Assembly: GCA_038844785.1 (NCBI GenBank)
Contig: JAWBRA010000023.1
Coordinates: 1-26,630 of the forward strand
DNA length: 26,630 nucleotides
From: Candidatus Caldarchaeum sp.
Lineage (GTDB): Archaea; Thermoproteota; Nitrososphaeria_A; Caldarchaeales; Caldarchaeaceae
Direction of reading: 5' to 3'
This document shows, piece by piece, positions 7,554-16,802 of the stretch (position 1 is the stretch's first letter; each line of letters starts with the position of its first letter). The notes beneath the pieces are model-generated. The model ran no database searches, was not told where the DNA came from, and saw only the letters and a program-made list of their open reading frames with translations. The position numbers and the translations under genes were made by a program.

Positions 7554-8162
7554 TTATATAAGCTTTTCTAGAACGCTCAGCAATTCTTTTATCCCATCAG
7601 CATCCCCGGGCGTAAAGTAAACCTGAAGGTTAGGCAGTCTCTTACCAACCGAAAGCAGTAAAACGTTTTGCAACCCCCTTATCCTTTCGATTAACGTGGA
7701 GACTTTTTCCTGTGGGACATCCCCCTCGTCTGAGACTATCAAATAATCATCGACCTCGGTTATCTTATTACCCCATCTAGACGCATAGCGTTCGGCTTGC
7801 GTGCCCTTTTTAACGAATGTCAGCGACGCCGAAGGGGTTTTTCTTGTTCTAGCCCTTAGGATAGCTAGGTCGCTTCTCCCCATCAGCTTTGAAACAACGT
7901 ATGACAAAGGGTTTGACCAAGACTGGACTCCGATAACTACTGAGAACTCAGCCAGCTCACCCATATGCCTGCATGAGAGAACCGCGGTCGTGGTTCCCCT
8001 TCTCCCGTCGACAACTTTTCCACCCGCTGCTGAAACAGCTTCCATAACGGCTTTGAAAAGATGTGCGACACGTCTTCTGCTGGCCACCGTCCCAGTAGTA
8101 AAGAAAAAGAGGAATGCTAAGGCGATCAGCATTATTGAGAGCGTGGGATCCAGCTCCAGCAT
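7554..8162 (-). CDS. Hypothetical protein with single N-terminal TM helix
   Basis: 202-aa ORF with hydrophobic LSIMLIALAFLFFF followed by basic RRR; TTTAAA box about 30 nt upstream. Confidence 0.8.
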   Translation of the reverse strand: MLELDPTLSIMLIALAFLFFFTTGTVASRRRVAHLFKAVMEAVSAAGGKVVDGRRGTTTAVLSCRHMGELAEFSVVIGVQSWSNPLSYVVSKLMGRSDLAILRARTRKTPSASLTFVKKGTQAERYASRWGNKITEVDDYLIVSDEGDVPQEKVSTLIERIRGLQNVLLLSVGKRLPNLQVYFTPGDADGIKELLSVLEKLI

Positions 8163-8245
8163 GGCTGTGTTAGATGGTTTGGCATGCTTTTTAAACAGTA
8201 CATCGAAACAATATATTATCCGGCGTTCTTATAATCTTCTCTGGA

Positions 8246-10216
8246 TTGCTCCTCTGGAAGCCTTCCGACGATGTTGTTGAAAAAGCCAACATGACCCGTT
8301 TCATAGAGTACGCCAACGGGAGAAACGGGCTTGACATAGACCCGTACAAGGACAGAGCATATTTCCAGCTCTACGACTGGTCCGTTGAAAACATCCCTGC
8401 CTTTTGGGATACTGTCTGGAGTTTTGTAGAGGTTAAAGCATCAAAACGATATAACCAAGTTGTTGATGATCTCAACAAGTTTCCAGGAGCCTCATGGTTT
8501 ATCGGTGCAAGACTCAATTTTGCCGAAAACCTTCTCAAGAGAAGGGATGACAAAACCGCCCTAATCGCTGTCAGAGAAGACGGCATTCTCAGAAAGCTGT
8601 CGTACCGGGAGGTCTATCGTAAGGCTGCTGGCATCGCAGGTGGTTTACGGGAGGTGGGTGTCGGCGTGGGTGACAGGGTCGTTGGCTACATGCCAAACAC
8701 CGCCGAAACATGCTTAGCCATGCTTGCTGCTACTTCCCTTGGAGCGGCATGGTCTTCCGCCGGCACCGAGATTGGCGTCGACGCAGCTGTCGACAGGTTT
8801 GAGCAAGTCAGCCCTAAAGTTATGTTCACCGTCGACGGCTACTACTACAGAGGGAAAAGCTTCGATGTCTTAGAGAGGGTGGCGAAAATAGTGAAGAGAA
8901 TCCCGTCAATAAAGAGTGTCATCGTCGTCCCATATCTCCGCGACAGGCCCAAGATAGATTTTATCGACAAAGCCGTATCCTACGAGGATTTTATAAGCGG
9001 AGGGAATGATTTCATCTTCGAGCAGGTTGACTCGTCGACGCCGGTCTACATAATGTTTTCTTCAGGGACGACTGGCAAGCCAAAGTGCATGGTTCAGTCA
9101 GTAGCTGGAATACTTGTCAACCATCTAAAGGACCTCGTAATCCACAGCGACCTAAAGCCTGACGACGTGATAACATACATTACATCGCCGAGTTGGATGA
9201 TGTGGAATTGGATGATGACTTCTCTGGCAGTCGGGTCGACCATACTCCTTTATGACGGCGACCCAGACTATCCCGACTGGAAAACTATGTGGAGGCTTGT
9301 TGACGAGCATCAGGTCACATTCTTCGGCTGCAGCGCGAGCTACATCAACTATCTGAGAAGCGTGAACGCCTCGCCTCGGAATAGTTTCGACCTCTCATCG
9401 CTTCGTGAAATATCTCAGACAGGTTCTCCGCTGTCGGCCGACGGCTTCGAATGGGTATACCGGGAAATAAAGAAAGACCATCACTTCAACTCCATATCTG
9501 GAGGAACAGACATCAACGGATGTTTCGCTATCGGCAGCCCAATTCTTCCCGTTTATGCTGGCCAGCTGCAGTCTCCTGCTCTTGGAATGAAGATAAAATG
9601 CTACGACGAAAACGGTGAGCCTGTATATGATAAAACGGGTGAGCTTGTTTGCGAAGCGCCCGCGCCTTCGATGCCGCTTTACTTCCTGAACGACCCGGGG
9701 GACGAAAGATACCTAGACTCCTACTTCAGGTTCTACACCCATAAACGCGTGTGGAGGCACGGCGACTTCGTAATATTCCACAGCGACACCGGAGGCATCA
9801 CTTTCTTAGGGAGGTCCGACGCGGTTCTGAAGCCGTCGGGCGTAAGGATAGGAACCGCTGAAATCTACAGCATAGTCGAGAGCTTTAAAGAGATTGCGGA
9901 CAGCATCGCCGTGGGCCAGAGCTGGAAGGGAGACCAGAGGATTATCCTCTTCGTTAAAATGGCTAAAGATTATGAGCTGACCGAAGAGTTGAAGGAGAGG
10001 TTGAAAAAAGAGCTTAGGGAGAGAGCCTCGCCAAGACACGTCCCAGCCATGATAATCGAAGCGCCTGACATCCCCTACACATACAATATGAAGAAGGTGG
10101 AGATAGCTGTGTCGAACATTATCAACGGTAGGAAGGTCGTTAACAGAGACGCGTTGGTAAACCCTGAAAGCCTAGACTTCTACGAGAAAATCCTACCGCT
10201 TCTCCAACAGGAGTAG
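8246..10216 (+). CDS. acsA: Acetoacetate--CoA ligase (acetoacetyl-CoA synthetase)
   Basis: LWKPS start, ARLNFAENLL, AMP-binding FSSGTTGKPKC, WMMWNW, SISGGTDI, WRHGDF, GRSDAVLKPSGVRIGTAEIY, and KKVEIAV...NPESL. Confidence 0.93.
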   Translation: MLLWKPSDDVVEKANMTRFIEYANGRNGLDIDPYKDRAYFQLYDWSVENIPAFWDTVWSFVEVKASKRYNQVVDDLNKFPGASWFIGARLNFAENLLKRRDDKTALIAVREDGILRKLSYREVYRKAAGIAGGLREVGVGVGDRVVGYMPNTAETCLAMLAATSLGAAWSSAGTEIGVDAAVDRFEQVSPKVMFTVDGYYYRGKSFDVLERVAKIVKRIPSIKSVIVVPYLRDRPKIDFIDKAVSYEDFISGGNDFIFEQVDSSTPVYIMFSSGTTGKPKCMVQSVAGILVNHLKDLVIHSDLKPDDVITYITSPSWMMWNWMMTSLAVGSTILLYDGDPDYPDWKTMWRLVDEHQVTFFGCSASYINYLRSVNASPRNSFDLSSLREISQTGSPLSADGFEWVYREIKKDHHFNSISGGTDINGCFAIGSPILPVYAGQLQSPALGMKIKCYDENGEPVYDKTGELVCEAPAPSMPLYFLNDPGDERYLDSYFRFYTHKRVWRHGDFVIFHSDTGGITFLGRSDAVLKPSGVRIGTAEIYSIVESFKEIADSIAVGQSWKGDQRIILFVKMAKDYELTEELKERLKKELRERASPRHVPAMIIEAPDIPYTYNMKKVEIAVSNIINGRKVVNRDALVNPESLDFYEKILPLLQQE

Positions 10217-10219
10217 ATT

Positions 10220-10768
10220 ATGTCTGGGTTTGAACGTTTCGCAATAGGTTTGCGTATTCGAAGCCTTTTTCAAAACCCTTACAGACTTTTGTCCGGCATC
10301 GGCCTGTCCCGCGGTCATGTCTTCTTAGATGTCGGGTGTGGGACTGGGTTTCTTGCCCTGCCGGCGGCATCCATCGTTGGAGCAGATGGAGTTGTTTACG
10401 CGGTTGACGTTGAAGAAGACTACCTGCGGGAGGTTGAACGTAGGGCTGAAAGGCTTGGCTTGAAAAACATCGTTACCGTTAAAACACAGGCAGAGAACTT
10501 GGATGGGGTTCCTGAACATTCGGTCGACAGGGCCATCTTCATGCTAAGCCTTCACCACGTAGCCGACAGAAACAAGGCTTTTCTCCAAGTCAGGAGAAAG
10601 CTGAAGGAAGACGGTTTGATGATGGTGTTCGATCCTATAGCGTCGCGTCTGTTTGGACATGGAACAGATCCCCAAAAGGTTTTGGCTCTCCTAAAGCAAA
10701 CAGGTTTTACGCAGGTGTTTTTCAATAAAGGAGTTTTGTTCTGGCGGGCGATAGCACGCCCTGTTTAA
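10220..10768 (+). CDS. Class I SAM-dependent methyltransferase (UbiE-like)
   Basis: Motif I FLDVGCGTG, VYAVD, SLHHV.D, LKEDG; starts 3 nt after the ligase stop. Confidence 0.9.
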   Translation: MSGFERFAIGLRIRSLFQNPYRLLSGIGLSRGHVFLDVGCGTGFLALPAASIVGADGVVYAVDVEEDYLREVERRAERLGLKNIVTVKTQAENLDGVPEHSVDRAIFMLSLHHVADRNKAFLQVRRKLKEDGLMMVFDPIASRLFGHGTDPQKVLALLKQTGFTQVFFNKGVLFWRAIARPV

Positions 10769-12255
10769 GCTCCAAAATATTTTAGCTGCACCGTCATCCT
10801 AGCTATGTTTAACAATGCTGCGTATCCCACCATCGGCTCAAGACCCATCGATTTTTGGTAGTCGGTTTGATCCTGCCAAGCGCCGGCGTTCACGAGCAAG
10901 ACTCCGCGATAGCTGGTGTTTACGGTTACGTGAATATGGCCTGTCTGCAGCAGGTGAGGCTGTTCAGAAATTACAAGCCTATCCTCTTCAGTGGGCATTA
11001 GCTGTGTGTTTTCTCCGTACACCGGTGCGAGATGTCTGAACCTGAGCATTGAAGCAATCACCCTAGGGGCTGTTTCCTTAAGGTTGCTGTAGGAGACATC
11101 TGGCAGCGATTGAATCAGTTCATCGAGGCCTTGACCATGGTAGGCTAAAATTCTCCTGCCGTCAAAGACCAAAGTCGCAGGGTTAGACACGAAGTGAACC
11201 TTTCTCTTCGCATTGACTATTTCACGATAACGTGTCTGGAGAGGGGGCTGAGGTATAGCTTTTCTTACCGGCTCATGGTTCCCTGGGCTGAAAACTATCT
11301 CAATTCTCTCCGGTATCTCGGCTAACAGGTCGGCGGCCTGTTTCAGCTGGTCTTCAACGTTCTTTACAAGCAAGTCGTTCTCCTGTCCAGGATAGACCCC
11401 AACCCCCTCCACCAAGTCGCCGTCTACAACTATGTGTGAGATGCGTTTCACAACACCGTCTCTTCCACGGCTGAGCCAGTCGAGAAATTTTTCGAAAAGG
11501 TCTTTTCTGAAATTCTTGCTTCCAACGTGGACGTCTGAAATCAGGCAAACGTATGCTTCAGGTGCTGGTGGAAGGTTTTTATAATTCATCTCCTCGACGT
11601 CAGGGTATATTATTTCCCTTAAAACATAGAGGTTGCCGGCTCTCCTAACCTTCAACCCTAAGACAACGTCATTCAACAACTCAGCTGTCTGCTTGTAAAG
11701 CTGTTGGTTTTTTCTTGGCACAACCACTGTGAGAACTCCTGACGGGTCGTCAACCTCAACCGCCACAGAGTTTTTACGCTCCCGCTTACCCTGCACCATA
11801 ACCGCCAAATAAACCTCTTCACCATCTTTGACAGAGAAGGCCTCCGAGACAGGGATGAAGTTTAATCTCCTCCTCTCAAGAAGCCGGCGTATCGAGTAGT
11901 ACCTGTTCTGAAAATAGTGGCGGAACTCTTCGACGCTACCCTCTATTCTTTGGTTCTCCTCCACTGAGTTTTGGATCATGATGTTTGGAGTGTAAACCAT
12001 GGTTGTTTCTTCAACAACTTGTCTACTGTTGTTTTGTGTTTTTTCTAGAACTGGCTGGGTTCTCACTATGTGTTCGGCGTCTATTATGGATAGCTCTGGG
12101 TCGTGTTTTTTTATGTATTCGATTGTCCTCATAAGGTCTTCGACAGGTGTTTCACTTTCCTCAAAGATTTTCAACGCCTTCTCAGTGATTTGATATCCCT
12201 CGCTCAAAGCTATTGAGATGAGCTCGCGGTATAGCTGACGCCCCCTGCCCAGCAA
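10765..12255 (-). CDS. polD1: DNA polymerase D small (proofreading exonuclease) subunit DP1
   Basis: OB-fold region (FQNRY, VDDPSG) followed by phosphoesterase motifs SDVHVGS, GDLVEGVGVYPGQ, PGNHE, YHG, RHLAP.YG, GHIH and WQDQTDYQ. Confidence 0.94.
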   Translation of the reverse strand: MLGRGRQLYRELISIALSEGYQITEKALKIFEESETPVEDLMRTIEYIKKHDPELSIIDAEHIVRTQPVLEKTQNNSRQVVEETTMVYTPNIMIQNSVEENQRIEGSVEEFRHYFQNRYYSIRRLLERRRLNFIPVSEAFSVKDGEEVYLAVMVQGKRERKNSVAVEVDDPSGVLTVVVPRKNQQLYKQTAELLNDVVLGLKVRRAGNLYVLREIIYPDVEEMNYKNLPPAPEAYVCLISDVHVGSKNFRKDLFEKFLDWLSRGRDGVVKRISHIVVDGDLVEGVGVYPGQENDLLVKNVEDQLKQAADLLAEIPERIEIVFSPGNHEPVRKAIPQPPLQTRYREIVNAKRKVHFVSNPATLVFDGRRILAYHGQGLDELIQSLPDVSYSNLKETAPRVIASMLRFRHLAPVYGENTQLMPTEEDRLVISEQPHLLQTGHIHVTVNTSYRGVLLVNAGAWQDQTDYQKSMGLEPMVGYAALLNIARMTVQLKYFGA

Positions 12256-12337
12256 CCCAGAAACTGTTCAGCATGCTGGAATAAATCCGTAGCAGGCGCC
12301 GACAGATTTTTGAACAGGAAACGTTAACAAAGGAGCC

Positions 12338-13630
12338 ATGGTTTCGATAGCTGGTGCTGAGGCAGGCATACTTTTTAGGAAACATGGTTACACGCCACAC
12401 TACGCTGAATATGTTGAAGACCCAGTTACAGGCGACGAGGTTGTTGTCATGGCTGACCCACACAGCCGCAGATCGGCGTTCATCTACAGCCCGCGAAAAA
12501 AGAAAATCTTGTGGGAGTTCAAGGTTCCGGGGATCAGCATCTCTGCAAACCCACATATAGCACGCATAGTTGTTGAAAGAATCTCAGGGTTCAAAGCAAG
12601 GCCAGGCGATGTTCTATGCGCAGACCGTGACAACAGGTTCATCGTGGTTGACAGGGCTAGGAAAATTGTACGCTGGAGCTACAGGCCTGCTGACGCTGTT
12701 TGGTCCCACGACCTCATGCCAACAAAAGATTTTCAAGACATGCTGACGACAGATTATGGAAACGGCTATCTGAGAAGGATAAACTATGAGGGGGAGGTTA
12801 TCTGGAGCATTAACTTGGGAAAAGGCCTCGCCAAGCTGTCAAGGATTCCTGGAAATGTTCCCAGTGGCGTTCATGGCAACAGCTATGGAGGCGACATACT
12901 GGCAGCCGTCAACCAGAGGACAAGGGGCGTTTACGAAATCTCTGAGGAGAGGGGGGCAGTCGCCTGGTCATGTCCGCCGCCTAAAGGTTCGAAAAACTGT
13001 TTTTTCACGCTGAAGCCACACTCGGCCATTCGTCTTGGTCTGGCTGAGTTAGGCGGCAGCCTCACCGTGTTCAACCACGAGGCTGGCGGAGGCTTTGTCG
13101 CCGTTGACAAGGACTGTAGGCCGAGATGGGGTGTGATGAAACCTTTCACCATCGTAGGAGAGGAAGAGATGTACAGGCCTTCCTCGCTGGGTCTTTATGA
13201 GACTACTCACGTCTTCCACACACCCCATGGCTTTCTGGGAATAATAGACTGGGACGGGCCCGACTACTCGACGGTCTACGAGTTATATGAGCCTCCGGCT
13301 AAAACATCGCTTTACTGGGTTCTGGCATGGCAGAGGAGATCTTCTAGCTTGCCGGAGTTTTTGGACCCGCCTGTTGAGACAGGTGAATGGCGGGAGACGG
13401 CTTTCCAGGCCGTTAACCATGGTCCCAACAGGCTGAAGATTGATTTCTACACAACCCTCAGCCCTGTTGCAGACACGTCGGATACGTCGGCATGGGGTAG
13501 GGCTGGGTCCATGACCGTTGAAGCAGGAGGCGTGAGTGAAAACGTGCTCAACGGCTTTTCATCCGTCCGCGTGGCCGTTTCATCGGAAGGTGAAACCGTC
13601 TACACGCTTTACGTCGTCAACAGAATTTAA
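12338..13630 (+). CDS. Hypothetical protein, probable beta-propeller plus C-terminal beta domain
   Basis: 430 aa with recurring blade-like units ending K/E-I/V-x-W (KILWEF, IVRWSY, EVIWSI, AVAWSC, RPRWG); no signal peptide evident. Confidence 0.75.
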   Translation: MVSIAGAEAGILFRKHGYTPHYAEYVEDPVTGDEVVVMADPHSRRSAFIYSPRKKKILWEFKVPGISISANPHIARIVVERISGFKARPGDVLCADRDNRFIVVDRARKIVRWSYRPADAVWSHDLMPTKDFQDMLTTDYGNGYLRRINYEGEVIWSINLGKGLAKLSRIPGNVPSGVHGNSYGGDILAAVNQRTRGVYEISEERGAVAWSCPPPKGSKNCFFTLKPHSAIRLGLAELGGSLTVFNHEAGGGFVAVDKDCRPRWGVMKPFTIVGEEEMYRPSSLGLYETTHVFHTPHGFLGIIDWDGPDYSTVYELYEPPAKTSLYWVLAWQRRSSSLPEFLDPPVETGEWRETAFQAVNHGPNRLKIDFYTTLSPVADTSDTSAWGRAGSMTVEAGGVSENVLNGFSSVRVAVSSEGETVYTLYVVNRI

Positions 13631-13687
13631 CGCATTTTCGGACTACTCTCTCAACTTATCAACAACTTCAGCTTGATGGCCTATGGT

Positions 13688-13963
13688 TTGGGAAGGACAG
13701 CTATGACCTACAGGCAGAAGCTTGAAGCAGAGGTGGCGGAATGGGGGTCTTTCAGAAAAGCGTTGCTCAAAGACGAGAGGGAGGCCTTTGACCGTTTGGT
13801 AGACTATTCATACCGCTACGTTCACGCCGGCAGCATGTATTCGACCCGCGATGCTTTTGACGTTTTTCTGATGTCAGCCTTGCTGTCGCATGAGGAGAGG
13901 CTGGCGCTGCTTGAGAAGATGCTGAAGGTTTCGATGAGGGTTGACGGAAGGCTTACCCTTTAA
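13688..13963 (+). CDS. Small conserved archaeal helical protein (MGRT... family)
   Basis: From TTG 13688: GRT..TYR......EW..FRKAL...EREAFDRL...FLMSALL, a pattern recalled from a small archaeal family; start uncertain (13673-13703). Confidence 0.75.
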   Translation: MGRTAMTYRQKLEAEVAEWGSFRKALLKDEREAFDRLVDYSYRYVHAGSMYSTRDAFDVFLMSALLSHEERLALLEKMLKVSMRVDGRLTL

Positions 13964-15431
13964 CGACGCCTATCGGCACGAGGCGGGCTACTTTAGTCCC
14001 TATCCCGACCTGATGGCTTACCTCGACGACCTCGTCGACAGACTTGTATGCGGCGTCAACCTCTTCGACGACCGTCTCCATGCTGTCGCCCTTGACGTAT
14101 ATGCCCCTGCTCTCAAGCTCCCTCAAAACCTGGTCCCCCCTGTAACGTCGTTTGGCGCCGCTTCTGCTCATCTCTCTGCCTGCTCCGTGGGCGGTGCTGC
14201 CGAAGCTGAGGCTCATCGCCTTCTCGCTTCCCAGCAAAACCCAGCTCGCCGTACCCATAGAGCCTGGGATGAGAACAGGCTGGCCAATCTCCCTGTAAAC
14301 CTCCGGTATCAATGGATGGCCTGCTGGAAAGCTTCTGGTAGCGCCTTTACGGTGGACGAAAACATCGCGGTCGCTGCCGTCGACTTTATGCTTCTCAAGC
14401 TTAACGATGTTGTGGCAGACGTCGTAAACTATCTGCATCCCCATGTCGTCAGCCTTCCTCTTGAAGACTTGTTCGAAGCTCTGTCTGACCCAGTGGCTTA
14501 TGGCCTGTCTGTTGGCGAAGGCAAAGTTTACAGCGCATCCGAAGGCTTTGAGGTATTGGCTGGCTTCGGGGCTGCTTGCTGGCGTGCAGGCCAGCTCTCT
14601 GTCGGGTAGGTTTATACCATACTTGGCCACAGCCCTCTCCATCACCCTTAGGTAATCGCTGCAAATCTGATGGCCGTAGCCACGGCTTCCGCAGTGAATT
14701 AGAACGGTTATCTGCCCCTCCTGAAAGATGCCCATAGCCTTGGCGGCTTTGGGGTCGAAGATTTTGTCTACACGCTGTATTTCGAGGAAATGGTTGCCGC
14801 TTCCGAGTGTTCCTATCTGGGATTCGCCGCGGGCTTTCGCCTCTTTTGACACAACACCCGGGTCTGGGTCGGGTATGTTTCCAGCCTTGTAGCTGGGATA
14901 CCGTCCCTCCTCCTCCATCCTCTTAAAATCATCGCTCCAACCCAGACCATATTTTTCAATGACGTAACGGGCACCCTCAAGAGCCACTCTGTCGAGGTCG
15001 GAGTGTGTTACGATGAAGTCTTTCCGCCTGGAACCAAGCCCTGCTGGAACATTCCTAAAAACAGTGTTGACAAGCTCCACTATCTTGGGCTTCACCTCGT
15101 TGAGTGTAAGGTTTGTAACCATTAACCGCACGCCGCAGTTGATATCGTAGCCGACTCCACCGGGTGATATGACTCCTTCGGCGGCGTCCATTGCTGCTAC
15201 GCCTCCTATTGGGAAGCCGTACCCCTCATGAGCGTCCGGCAGGACGATTGCATGTTTCACTATGCCTGGAAGGCTTGCGACGTTGACCGCCTGCTCAAGA
15301 GTCCGGTCTGTCTTCATCTTCTCCAAAAGCTTTTCCGATGCATAAACCACGACCGGAACCTTCATGTCTCTCCGGTAGGTTTGAGGTATCCGCCAGATGT
15401 TTGGGGCTGTTTTCTCCAGCTGCGGAACCAA
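13953..15431 (-). CDS. rtcB: RNA-splicing ligase RtcB
   Basis: PDAHEGYGFPIGGV, GYDINCG, GTLGSGNHFLE, HCGSRG.G, HN, HRKGAT, PGSM, HGAGR, AYK and C-terminal IGVVKG; no intein. Confidence 0.97.
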   Translation of the reverse strand: MVPQLEKTAPNIWRIPQTYRRDMKVPVVVYASEKLLEKMKTDRTLEQAVNVASLPGIVKHAIVLPDAHEGYGFPIGGVAAMDAAEGVISPGGVGYDINCGVRLMVTNLTLNEVKPKIVELVNTVFRNVPAGLGSRRKDFIVTHSDLDRVALEGARYVIEKYGLGWSDDFKRMEEEGRYPSYKAGNIPDPDPGVVSKEAKARGESQIGTLGSGNHFLEIQRVDKIFDPKAAKAMGIFQEGQITVLIHCGSRGYGHQICSDYLRVMERAVAKYGINLPDRELACTPASSPEASQYLKAFGCAVNFAFANRQAISHWVRQSFEQVFKRKADDMGMQIVYDVCHNIVKLEKHKVDGSDRDVFVHRKGATRSFPAGHPLIPEVYREIGQPVLIPGSMGTASWVLLGSEKAMSLSFGSTAHGAGREMSRSGAKRRYRGDQVLRELESRGIYVKGDSMETVVEEVDAAYKSVDEVVEVSHQVGIGTKVARLVPIGVVKG

Positions 15432-15508
15432 GATTTTTTCACCTGAACGTTAAATTTCACGGCTCGATTTAAAGACTCAGTGATTTCATGTAAACACGTA
15501 GTTCATCA

Positions 15509-15523
15509 TTTTAAGTATATATT
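15509..15523 (+). promoter_or_regulatory. TATA box for the ABC transporter operon
   Basis: TTTTAAGTATATATT about 22-36 nt upstream of ATG 15545. Confidence 0.5.
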
Positions 15524-15544
15524 CCCGCTCTCAGCCCTGTTAAC

Positions 15545-16798
15545 ATGGCAATCTTGAGCAGACGAGTTATTGTCGCCGCCGTGGTTGTTGTGGTTGTGCT
15601 AGCCACCCTCTCCGCATACATGCTCACAACACCAAGCCGGCCTAAGGTAGAGGTGGTTAAGATCGGTGCCGTCTATCCGCTCACCGGCTCGTTGGCGCCA
15701 ATAGGAAAAGATCAGATCAACGCGATTAAGCTTGTGTTTGACGAGGTCAACTCGAAAGGCGGAATAAAGTCGCTTGGCGGTGCAAAGCTTGAGCTGGTTC
15801 CTGGAGATACTAAAGGAGACCCACGAGTTGGAGCTGACGAAACCGAGAGGCTTATCACAGTGGAGAAGGTCGCATTGGTTATCGGAGCTTATCAAAGTGC
15901 TGTTACGGAAACAGCCAGCGCGGTCGCCGAACGATATAAAATCCCCTTTGTAAACCCTGATTCTACATCACCGGCACTTACTGAAAGAGGATTTAAGTGG
16001 TTTTTCAGGACAACACCTCACGACGGCCTTCTTGTCGTTGGCATGCTGGAGTTCCTGAGAGACCTTAGGGATAAGCAGGGTATTCCGCTTAAGACAATCG
16101 CCGTAGTTTATGAGAACACTCTATGGGGGCAGGATACCGGTAGGATAGTGAAAGAAAATGCAGCAAAGTACGGCTTGGAGATAGCGCTTGACCTCCAGTA
16201 TCCGAGCAGAACGACAGATGTTTCAGCCGAAGTGCAGAAGATTAGAACAGCTAAGCCTGACATCGTTCTGTTCGCGAGCTACGTGACGGATGCAATACTG
16301 TACACGAAAAAGCTTAAAGAATTGGGTGTCGCCCCTAAAGTGTTCATAGCCAACGACGCTGGACACATTCACTCTGACTACCTGAACTCGGTTGGAAAAG
16401 ACTCTGAATATTTCTTCAGCAGAGAGGTGTTCAACTGGGACTTAGGAGAGAAAAAACCCGCGATCAAAGAGGCTAACGATAAGTTCAAAGCGGCTTACGG
16501 AAAGGACATGGACGGGACGATTGCGAGAGCATACACCGCAGCCCTTCTCGTAGTTGATGTGCTAGAAAGAGCCGGCTCGATCGACCCTGAAAACATCAGA
16601 AAAGCGCTTGTAGAGACCAACTGGAGCGAGGAAAAGACACCAATGCCATGGGCAGGGATCAAGTTTGACGAGAAAGGGCAGAACATTCTCGCAACAGGTC
16701 TCGTCGTACAGCTGCAAAAAGGCAAATACAGAACGGTCTGGCCCTGGAGCGTCGCCACCGTAAAGCCTGAAGGGGTGCCGTTCCCAGGCTGGCCATAA
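15545..16798 (+). CDS. livK: Branched-chain amino acid (HAAT)-type ABC transporter substrate-binding protein
   Basis: N-terminal TM anchor, KIGAVYPLTG, GGIKSLGGAK, GAYQSAVT and FFRTTP; the real substrate is unknown. Confidence 0.9.
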   Translation: MAILSRRVIVAAVVVVVVLATLSAYMLTTPSRPKVEVVKIGAVYPLTGSLAPIGKDQINAIKLVFDEVNSKGGIKSLGGAKLELVPGDTKGDPRVGADETERLITVEKVALVIGAYQSAVTETASAVAERYKIPFVNPDSTSPALTERGFKWFFRTTPHDGLLVVGMLEFLRDLRDKQGIPLKTIAVVYENTLWGQDTGRIVKENAAKYGLEIALDLQYPSRTTDVSAEVQKIRTAKPDIVLFASYVTDAILYTKKLKELGVAPKVFIANDAGHIHSDYLNSVGKDSEYFFSREVFNWDLGEKKPAIKEANDKFKAAYGKDMDGTIARAYTAALLVVDVLERAGSIDPENIRKALVETNWSEEKTPMPWAGIKFDEKGQNILATGLVVQLQKGKYRTVWPWSVATVKPEGVPFPGWP

Positions 16799-16802
16799 AA
16801 TC

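Noticed and set aside
3444-10768. Arsenic-resistance cluster (ArsA pair plus an ArsM-like methyltransferase)
   Set aside because: No arsB/acr3, arsC, arsD or arsR in the window. One ATPase has no Cys, and the methyltransferase has only the Cys in motif I, lacking the multiple Cys residues ArsM needs.
10765-12337. DP1 without adjacent DP2/cdc6, or a replication origin nearby
   Set aside because: DP1 and DP2 are often unlinked in archaea, and no ORB-like repeats or long AT-rich gap are visible here.
13941-14609. 222-aa ORF antisense to rtcB, and the many other antisense or alternate-frame ORFs in the track
   Set aside because: They are shadows of well-supported genes and have no independent motifs.
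14860-14910. Short insertion in RtcB (YPSYKAGNIPDP region), possible intein remnant
   Set aside because: Only a few extra residues in a likely loop, with no intein terminal motifs; the protein length is normal.
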